64,000 bases of DNA from Patescibacteria group bacterium (GTDB lineage Bacteria; Patescibacteriota; Patescibacteriia; UBA9570), in assembly GCA_024277435.1 (NCBI GenBank), contig JAJRVJ010000031.1, positions 11-64,010 on the forward strand. The letters are read 5' to 3'. This document shows positions 57,486-64,000 of the stretch, piece after piece (position 1 is the stretch's first letter; each line of letters starts with the position of its first letter). A program made the position numbers and the translations under genes. The notes under the pieces are model-generated. The model saw nothing but the letters and a program-made list of their open reading frames with translations. It ran no database searches and had not been told where the DNA came from.

Positions 57486-59825
57486 CTATCGTTTTAATCG
57501 TAAAGAATTCGCTATCACTGAAACGGAGCTAAAGGCCATGGCCATTCCAGCAAAGGCTGGGTTGAGCAATATTCCAAATACCGGATACAGTACACCAGCC
57601 GCCAGTGGTATACCGATAATATTATAGAAAAATGCCCAAAATAAATTTTGTTTTATTACACGTAATGTCCGTTTAGAAAGTTGTAACGCATCGGCTACTT
57701 TATGAATATCACCTTTAAGTAAGGTAATTCCAGCCGATTCTATTGCTACGTCTGTGCCCGTGCTCATGGCGATTCCAATATTCGCCTGCGCCAAGGCCGG
57801 GGCATCATTTACACCATCTCCTACCATCGCCACTATCCTACCTTCGGCTTGCAACTCTTTTACCTTAGCGGCCTTATCCCCTGGTTGCACTTCTGCTAAT
57901 ACCTCTGTGATACCAAGTTGTGCAGCAATGGCCTGAGCGGTTTCCATGTTGTCGCCTGTTACCATAACAAGCCGCATGCCTTTATTTTGTAAACCCGTAA
58001 TAGCATCAGCTACATTTTCCTTAATAGTATCGGCCAGTGCAATAATTCCAACCTCGCGTTTATCCTGCGCAATGTACACTACAGTTTTTCCTTTAGATTT
58101 TAAGCGCTGCACGTTCGCATCAAGATCAGTATTAGATGCTATTGATTGTTCTTCGAAGAATGCTCGCGTACCAACCCGCCAGGTACTTCCTTGAATATCT
58201 CCCGTAATTCCCTTCCCAGCAGACACTTGTACATTTTGCACATCAGCAATGGGGCAATTCTCTTTAGTGGCTTTATTCACAATAGCAATGCCCAGGGGAT
58301 GTTCGGAAAGATTTTCTAAACTTGCTGCATACTGCAATAATTGTTGCTGGGAAAGATCTACTCCATCTACCACCTGCATATCGGTAACTACCGGCTTACC
58401 TTGTGTTAAGGTTCCAGTTTTATCGAACATAATTGTATCTACAGAATAGGCGATTTCTAAACTCTCGGCATCTTTAATAAGTATTCCATTGCGCGCGGCT
58501 GTACCCGTTCCAACCACTACAGCCGTTGGTGTAGCCAGCCCCATCGCACAGGGGCACGCAATTACTAATATTCCTACTAACGATCGTATTGCTAATGGTA
58601 CCACCTCGGAAATTTCCATAGATTGCCCACCGATAAGAAACCACAATGCGAATACAATAACTGATAACACTAATACAAACGGTACAAAGTATGCTGCAAT
58701 CGTATCAGCCAATCGTTGAATTGGCGCCTTCGAGCTTTGCGCCTCCTGCACCATTGTTACTATTTGCGCCAGTACAGTACCCTCGCCAACGGAAGTGGCC
58801 TTAATAGTAATAACCCCCTCTTTATTTACTGTGGCACCAATTACTGTATCATCTACATCTTTCGCAACCGGTAAACTTTCACCTGTAATCATGGATTCAT
58901 CGATATGGGTAGCTCCTTCAATAAGTATTCCATCAACGGGAATTTTTTCTCCAGACTTCACTACACACATATCGCCTACTTGTAACTCTGCTACAGGAAC
59001 ATCTACAAGCTCTCTATCGCGCTTAATATGAGCGATGGCTGGCTGTAATTCAATAAGCGCTCGAATAGCAGCGCCGGTTTTTTTCTTACTGGCACTCTCA
59101 AGGTATTTTCCAAATAGTACAAAACCAACCACAATAATGCTGGCATCAAAATAATATTCATTGGGTAAACCAAGGCTCTCTCGTAACTCAGGAAGAATAA
59201 ATATAATTGCACTATAGGTGTAGGCTACTACTGTACCAATAGCAACCAGGGTATCCATATCGGCATTACCATGGCGAATAAAGCGCCAAGCTCCTCGTAA
59301 GAATTGTTGGCCACTCCAAAATACAATTGGTGTAGCAATTACTAGTTGTAAAAATTGAAACCACCGCAAGTGCATAATTAATTCCATACCAAACACTTGT
59401 TTCGCGATAATTTCAGCAATAACAATAACAAAAATGATGACTGCTACCGGTAAGGCTAGCCATAACTTTGGCTTAATATCTTCTACCGGCATAGCATGAT
59501 TCATATGGTCCATTTCGCCATCATCTGAGCTATCACCTGAATCACCCATATCGTGCCCCTGCATATCATCATGAGACATTTTCATATCATGTGCCGGCTC
59601 TTTTTTGTTAGCAGTTAGCGTGTATTCATAATCCGCTAAGGCCGCATTCATTTGCTTAAGTGATATTTGCTGCGGATCGTAGGAAATCGATACCTGATCT
59701 AACGCAACATTAACCGCTACCGATTCTACGCCTGACTGCTCGGTTAGGCGCTTCTCGATCTTAGCGGCGCAGGAAGCACAATGCATCCCATGAACTGTAA
59801 ATTGCTCTTTTTGAATATTTACCAT
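57486..59825 (-). CDS. copA: Cu(I)-translocating P1B-1 ATPase
   Basis: GMHCASC, TGES, CPC, DKTGT, SEHP, GDGVND, YN and MAFSS. Confidence 0.95.
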   Translation of the reverse strand: MVNIQKEQFTVHGMHCASCAAKIEKRLTEQSGVESVAVNVALDQVSISYDPQQISLKQMNAALADYEYTLTANKKEPAHDMKMSHDDMQGHDMGDSGDSSDDGEMDHMNHAMPVEDIKPKLWLALPVAVIIFVIVIAEIIAKQVFGMELIMHLRWFQFLQLVIATPIVFWSGQQFLRGAWRFIRHGNADMDTLVAIGTVVAYTYSAIIFILPELRESLGLPNEYYFDASIIVVGFVLFGKYLESASKKKTGAAIRALIELQPAIAHIKRDRELVDVPVAELQVGDMCVVKSGEKIPVDGILIEGATHIDESMITGESLPVAKDVDDTVIGATVNKEGVITIKATSVGEGTVLAQIVTMVQEAQSSKAPIQRLADTIAAYFVPFVLVLSVIVFALWFLIGGQSMEISEVVPLAIRSLVGILVIACPCAMGLATPTAVVVGTGTAARNGILIKDAESLEIAYSVDTIMFDKTGTLTQGKPVVTDMQVVDGVDLSQQQLLQYAASLENLSEHPLGIAIVNKATKENCPIADVQNVQVSAGKGITGDIQGSTWRVGTRAFFEEQSIASNTDLDANVQRLKSKGKTVVYIAQDKREVGIIALADTIKENVADAITGLQNKGMRLVMVTGDNMETAQAIAAQLGITEVLAEVQPGDKAAKVKELQAEGRIVAMVGDGVNDAPALAQANIGIAMSTGTDVAIESAGITLLKGDIHKVADALQLSKRTLRVIKQNLFWAFFYNIIGIPLAAGVLYPVFGILLNPAFAGMAMAFSSVSVIANSLRLKR

Positions 59826-59836
59826 GTGTGTTGTAA

Positions 59837-60097
59837 TTATTTATTCTCGCCTCTATTTAAACGATTATAGATTGAACCGAATAGGTATCCACTAATAAAG
59901 CTGATAATTGCCGCCTCAACCATTACGCCGATAATTCCTAGAAAAGATGGTGAGAATAATACGTGCCATTCCGCCATAGTTGCGACCGCCTCTTCATATA
60001 TGCCAATATTGGCAAGAATGCCAAGAACCAGCATTGTGAGTGCTGACATAATTGCTGCTGCATAGCCTAGGGCTAGCGCGTTCAATGTATGTTTCAT
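59837..60097 (-). CDS. DUF5676-like 2-TM protein, copy 1
   Basis: highly similar to 63313-63573. Confidence 0.75.
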   Translation of the reverse strand: MKHTLNALALGYAAAIMSALTMLVLGILANIGIYEEAVATMAEWHVLFSPSFLGIIGVMVEAAIISFISGYLFGSIYNRLNRGENK

Positions 60098-60134
60098 AGG
60101 ATATGATTATTATCTGAATTAGATTAAATATATA

Positions 60135-60177
60135 TTATCTTTCGGTTTTTTTATAGATTTGCATAATTTCATCTATC
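60135..60177 (-). pseudogene. 3' remnant of a second csoR
   Basis: 60145-60177 is identical (33 bp) to 63623-63655; encodes IDEIMQIYKKTER*. Confidence 0.8.
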
Positions 60178-60231
60178 TGATTCGGAAACAATGATGTTGA
60201 ATAAATTTTTGCGGGCAATGGAAATTTTCAT

Positions 60232-62496
60232 TTACTCAAGTGATTTATTCCTTAATAATACAGCGTTAGCTGATACAATTACCGTACTGAGAGACATTAA
60301 TACTGCTGCAACCGCTGGTTGTAGGAAAATACCTTGAAATGCTAAAACGCCAGCTGCTAACGGAATAGCAATAATATTATAGCCAGTAGCCCAAAACAAA
60401 TTTTGTAGCATTTTTTTATACGTCAATTGTGATAACCGAACAATTTTAGGAATATCACGTGGATCGTTTTTTACAAGAATAATACCAGCCGATTCTAGAG
60501 CAACATTTGTTCCAGCACCGATAGCAATACCAAGATCTGCCTGCGTAAGAGCCGGGGCATCATTTACACCATCTCCTACCATAGCAACTTTCATACCCTT
60601 CCCTTGAAGTAGCTTCACTTTTTCTGATTTTTTATCAGGAAGCACCCGTGCAAAATACTCATCAATATCAAGCTCTTGTGCAACCCATTCGGCAACTTCA
60701 TTGGTATCTCCGGTAATCATAGCAGTTTTAATACCCATGGCATGCAAGGCTTGTATTGCCTCACGGGATTCTTCACGAATAATATCGGCCAAAGCAATAG
60801 CCCCATATAGTACATTATCAACAAATACATAAATAACCGTTTTACCCTGACCAGCTAATTCTGTGGTGCTTTTTACAAATGCATCTGGCGGAGTTACTCC
60901 ATGATCTTCTAATAATTGGGGGCTCCCTACAACCACTAATCGATCACCAACCATTGCTTGTGCACCCTTACCAGGTAGTCGGATAAAATTATCAATGCTA
61001 GATAATTCAACCCCCTGCTGACGAGCTTCTTCAACAATGGCATGAGCAATAGGATGCTCGGAATGAGCATTAACGATAGCTGCTAATTGTAAAACCTCTT
61101 CTTCTGAATGATTATTCAACGGAACAATAGCATCGATTCCAAACTCCCCTTTCGTGAGTGTACCGGTTTTATCAAATAGAATAACATCAATGTTACGAGC
61201 AGCTTCCAGAGCTAAGCGTTGCTTTACTAAAAACCCATTGCGGGCGGCTTTAGTGGTTGAAATTGATGCCACTAACGGAATTGCTAATCCTAATGCGTGT
61301 GGACAGGTAATTACTAATACTGCCACCATACGCTCTACAGCAAAGGCCGGTTCGGCTACTGCTAGCCAACTAGCTAATGTGATACCACCAATAACTACCG
61401 CTATAATAGTTAAATAATATGCCGCGCGATCGGATAGCATTTGTAAACGGGATTTAGAACTCTGTGCTTCCACCACCAACCGCATCACGCCTGCTAGAAA
61501 TGTATCATCACCAATTTTTGTAACCGTAATTTGCAGTGAGCCATCACCGTTAGTTGTACCGGCAATTACTTCATCACCTGATTGCTTGGATACAGGATTG
61601 GATTCTCCAGTAGCTACAGCTTCATTAATATCCGATTGCCCTTCAGCAATTGTACCATCAGCTGGTATTTTTCCACCAGGCTTTACAAGGGCGATATCAC
61701 CGGTAATCAATTCCTCAAGCGGGATAGTGATGGTTTTTCCATCACGAATCACTTCAGCACTATCGGGAAGTAATTTTGATAATTCTTTTAGAGCACTCTG
61801 CGCTCCCGATACAGCACGCATCTCCATCCAATGCCCTAGTAACATCACCGTAATTAACGTTGCCAGCTCCCAGAATAAGGTTTTTTCTCCACCAGTAAAT
61901 ACAATATAAACACTATAAGTATAGGCCGTAGTAACTGCCAAAGCAATCAATGTCATCATGCCAGGTAATTTTGCTCGCAACTCCCTATAAGCCGAGGCTA
62001 AAAATACCCATCCTCCATAGAAGAAAATAATTGAAGATAGTATAAGTGGGAGATACTCCGATCCTGGAAACTGCGGGGCAGTATACTCCAACAAATCTTG
62101 AACTATCGGTGAATACGCCACCACTGGCACTGATAGTATTAAACTCACCCAAAATTTGACCTTAAAAATATTTGTTGAATGCCCTTCATGCTTATCATGA
62201 GCTGCAGCTTCATGCTGACCAGATTTTTTTTGCACAGGTACTAATTGCATGCCACATTCCGGGCACATACCTGCGTGTTTCTGTATAACTTCTGGATGCA
62301 TCGGGCAAGAGTACATCGCATCGCCTTCATCCGTATTTTTTGTCTTAGTTTTTACAGGCACAAGCTGCATTCCGCAATCAGGACACATACCAGCATGCGC
62401 CTGCTTTACATTTGGATGCATTGGGCAGGAGTATACTGTACCACTAGTTAATGGTTCTTTATGCGATTCTGTTGCAGGATGATGATTGTGATCCAT
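60232..62496 (-). CDS. copB: CPH-type P1B-3 copper ATPase with two N-terminal YxCPMHP domains
   Basis: two YSCPMHP..CPxCGM repeats, CPHALG, DKTGT, YN, MSLST. Confidence 0.92.
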   Translation of the reverse strand: MDHNHHPATESHKEPLTSGTVYSCPMHPNVKQAHAGMCPDCGMQLVPVKTKTKNTDEGDAMYSCPMHPEVIQKHAGMCPECGMQLVPVQKKSGQHEAAAHDKHEGHSTNIFKVKFWVSLILSVPVVAYSPIVQDLLEYTAPQFPGSEYLPLILSSIIFFYGGWVFLASAYRELRAKLPGMMTLIALAVTTAYTYSVYIVFTGGEKTLFWELATLITVMLLGHWMEMRAVSGAQSALKELSKLLPDSAEVIRDGKTITIPLEELITGDIALVKPGGKIPADGTIAEGQSDINEAVATGESNPVSKQSGDEVIAGTTNGDGSLQITVTKIGDDTFLAGVMRLVVEAQSSKSRLQMLSDRAAYYLTIIAVVIGGITLASWLAVAEPAFAVERMVAVLVITCPHALGLAIPLVASISTTKAARNGFLVKQRLALEAARNIDVILFDKTGTLTKGEFGIDAIVPLNNHSEEEVLQLAAIVNAHSEHPIAHAIVEEARQQGVELSSIDNFIRLPGKGAQAMVGDRLVVVGSPQLLEDHGVTPPDAFVKSTTELAGQGKTVIYVFVDNVLYGAIALADIIREESREAIQALHAMGIKTAMITGDTNEVAEWVAQELDIDEYFARVLPDKKSEKVKLLQGKGMKVAMVGDGVNDAPALTQADLGIAIGAGTNVALESAGIILVKNDPRDIPKIVRLSQLTYKKMLQNLFWATGYNIIAIPLAAGVLAFQGIFLQPAVAAVLMSLSTVIVSANAVLLRNKSLE

Positions 62497-62522
62497 AATA
62501 ACTTGTTCTTAGTACTAATTTA

Positions 62523-63227
62523 TTAGCGTAGCGTACGATTGAACTGATACTCACCTTCGGTTCTATTAAATATATCGTTTATGCAGGAATATACTAGTGG
62601 CTGAGCTGTGGGTAAATTGACATATGGTATTTGAGCGTCGGGTATTCTTTCCAAAAATTTTATAATTGCCCGTAGCGTATTTCCATGCGCAACTATTAAC
62701 ACAGCTTTTCCAGCTCGTATTCTCGGATGGATATTTTTTTGAAAATAGGGCACCACTCTATTATACACATCTTGCAAGCTCTCTCCATTAGGTGGACGAT
62801 CACTATATCCGCGGCGCCATTGTGTTATCAAATCTTTTCCGAATGTTTTTTCAGCTAGATGTTTATTTAACCCCTGCAAATCACCATAATAACGCTCGTT
62901 TAAATTTTGATCCATAAATATCGGAATGGTGTTTTGTGTAAATTCCTGCGGAGCGTTTTTCATCCTAGTATAGCGAGGGTTGTCATCGTGTTGAAACATA
63001 CCAATTCTACGTTGATGAGAAAGTATTATTAATAATGTTTCATGAGCCCGTTCTAAATGAGATGTAAAGGCCGCGTCATAATCGAACTGCTGACAATGAT
63101 CCGCTACGCTATGAGCCTCGTCAATTCCAGCTTTACTGAGCGAAATATCAATCCAACCCGTAAAGAGGTTCAATTCATTCATGCGTGATTCGCCATGACG
63201 GATAATAACTAATTTACCATGTTTCAT
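62523..63227 (-). CDS. gpmA: 2,3-BPG-dependent phosphoglycerate mutase
   Basis: RHGES, FTGWIDI, LNERYYGDLQG, PPNGES, AHGNTLR. Confidence 0.9.
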   Translation of the reverse strand: MKHGKLVIIRHGESRMNELNLFTGWIDISLSKAGIDEAHSVADHCQQFDYDAAFTSHLERAHETLLIILSHQRRIGMFQHDDNPRYTRMKNAPQEFTQNTIPIFMDQNLNERYYGDLQGLNKHLAEKTFGKDLITQWRRGYSDRPPNGESLQDVYNRVVPYFQKNIHPRIRAGKAVLIVAHGNTLRAIIKFLERIPDAQIPYVNLPTAQPLVYSCINDIFNRTEGEYQFNRTLR

Positions 63228-63312
63228 ACATCGATAGTGCTATACTTTTTCATGAGAATGCTTAGAAGTATTTTTCACATATTTTTGTGTGTTCATACAA
63301 ATTTACGTGGTA

Positions 63313-63573
63313 TTATTTATTTTCTTTGCCTGCCAATCTATTATACAGCCAACCAAATATGTACCCTGTAATAAAGCTGATAATTGCCGCCTCAACCATT
63401 CCACCGATAATTCCTAAAAAGGATAGTGAAAAAATGAGGTGGTGCTGTGCCATGGTGGCAGCGGCCTCCTCATAAATTCCAAGGTTAGCTAGAATTCCAA
63501 GGGTCAACATCACAAGTGCTGACATAATTGCTGCTGCGTACCCTAGGGCTAGAGCGTTAAGTGTATGTTTCAT
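63313..63573 (-). CDS. DUF5676-like 2-TM protein, copy 2
   Basis: paralog of 59837-60097; directly after csoR. Confidence 0.75.
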   Translation of the reverse strand: MKHTLNALALGYAAAIMSALVMLTLGILANLGIYEEAAATMAQHHLIFSLSFLGIIGGMVEAAIISFITGYIFGWLYNRLAGKENK

Positions 63574-63612
63574 ATATGTATAATAAATGGTTAATTAGAT
63601 TTGATTAAGTAT

Positions 63613-63891
63613 TTATTTTTTAGTTTTTTTATAGATTTGCATAATTTCATCTATCACCTCTTCTTGCTTTTTCTTATTATCACTTTGCATCGCACTCTTT
63701 ACACAGGCATGAAGATGATTATGTAATAATTCTTGATTTACCTTATGTAAGGCTGAAATCACAGCTAAATTTTGATTAATAACATCAAAGCAATATGCAT
63801 CATCTTCAATAAGCTTTTTATTTGATTGCGCATGACCAATTAATCGACTCATACGATTAATAAGCTTTTTCTTCAATGTAGTGTTTTTCAT
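63613..63891 (-). CDS. csoR: CsoR/RcnR-family metal-sensing repressor
   Basis: RMSRLIGH, YCFDV..Q, HLHAC (C-H-C ligands). Confidence 0.9.
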   Translation of the reverse strand: MKNTTLKKKLINRMSRLIGHAQSNKKLIEDDAYCFDVINQNLAVISALHKVNQELLHNHLHACVKSAMQSDNKKKQEEVIDEIMQIYKKTKK

Positions 63892-63910
63892 AAACTAATA
63901 TCAATATTCT

Positions 63911-63932
63911 ATATCCCCCCATAGGGGGATAT
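63911..63932. promoter_or_regulatory. CsoR operator-like palindrome
   Basis: ATATCCCCC-cata-GGGGGATAT, 20 bp upstream of csoR; matches the known AT-flanked C/G-tract CsoR operator type. Confidence 0.8.
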
Positions 63933-63947
63933 TATCACATATAACAA

Positions 63948-63978
63948 AACACCGCAACCCTAGTGAGTTGCGGTGTTT
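63948..63978. terminator. terminator of the upstream transcription unit
   Basis: aacaccgcaac-cctagtga-gttgcggtgtt. Confidence 0.7.
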
Positions 63979-64000
63979 GTGGTTAGTAGATACTATCTAC

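Noticed and set aside
57795-57825. Near-identical DNA shared with 60550-60581
   Set aside because: Encodes the conserved [12 protein letters not shown] hinge of the two P-type ATPases
62260-62440. Tandem ~120-bp repeat
   Set aside because: Explained by the two YxCPMHP metal-binding domains of CopB
63237-63260. + strand TGCTATACT followed by ATG, antisense within the Cu operon
   Set aside because: The following ORF is short and featureless and runs antisense into DUF5676; it could be chance or a relic and cannot be supported without TSS data
1-64000. CRISPR array, rRNA, prophage, retron/DGR
   Set aside because: No regularly spaced repeats, rRNA-like sequence, phage structural genes or reverse transcriptase seen

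Overview
AT-rich (roughly 35-40% G+C by eye), genetic-code-11 bacterial chromosome segment. By inference it comes from a Patescibacteria/CPR organism, based on small secreted proteins with Lys-rich FN3-like tails, a CPR-type PAS/coiled-coil protein, and few Shine-Dalgarno sites with many apparently leaderless genes. From left to right: (1) the left end of an IS30-like element, then two very GC-rich genes (plastid/chlamydial-type glycerol-3-phosphate acyltransferase and a dephospho-CoA-kinase-like P-loop protein) that share a 3' structured element; (2) housekeeping and accessory genes (AlkD-like, ZnuA, Pif1-like helicase, HI0933 flavoprotein, ABC-F, RetSat/CrtI-like, PgsA-like, RecQ, SulP); (3) an unusual membrane-anchored cytochrome b5 + cytochrome d1 (NirS/NirN-like) fusion; (4) a tRNA-Tyr/tRNA-Thr/rpmG/tRNA-Trp cluster with a GIY-YIG mini-element and tRNA 3'-end duplications; (5) sodN/sodX and a heterodimeric ABC exporter; (6) a ~17 kb CsoR-headed copper/redox island (CopA, CopB, multicopper oxidase, DsbA/CcdA, Lgt, a stand-alone cytochrome b, a DOMON-like protein, and two paralogous CutF/DUF2946-like leader proteins). 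Several genes are broken by single stops, frameshifts or microhomology deletions. All family calls come from motif recognition by eye; no database search was run.
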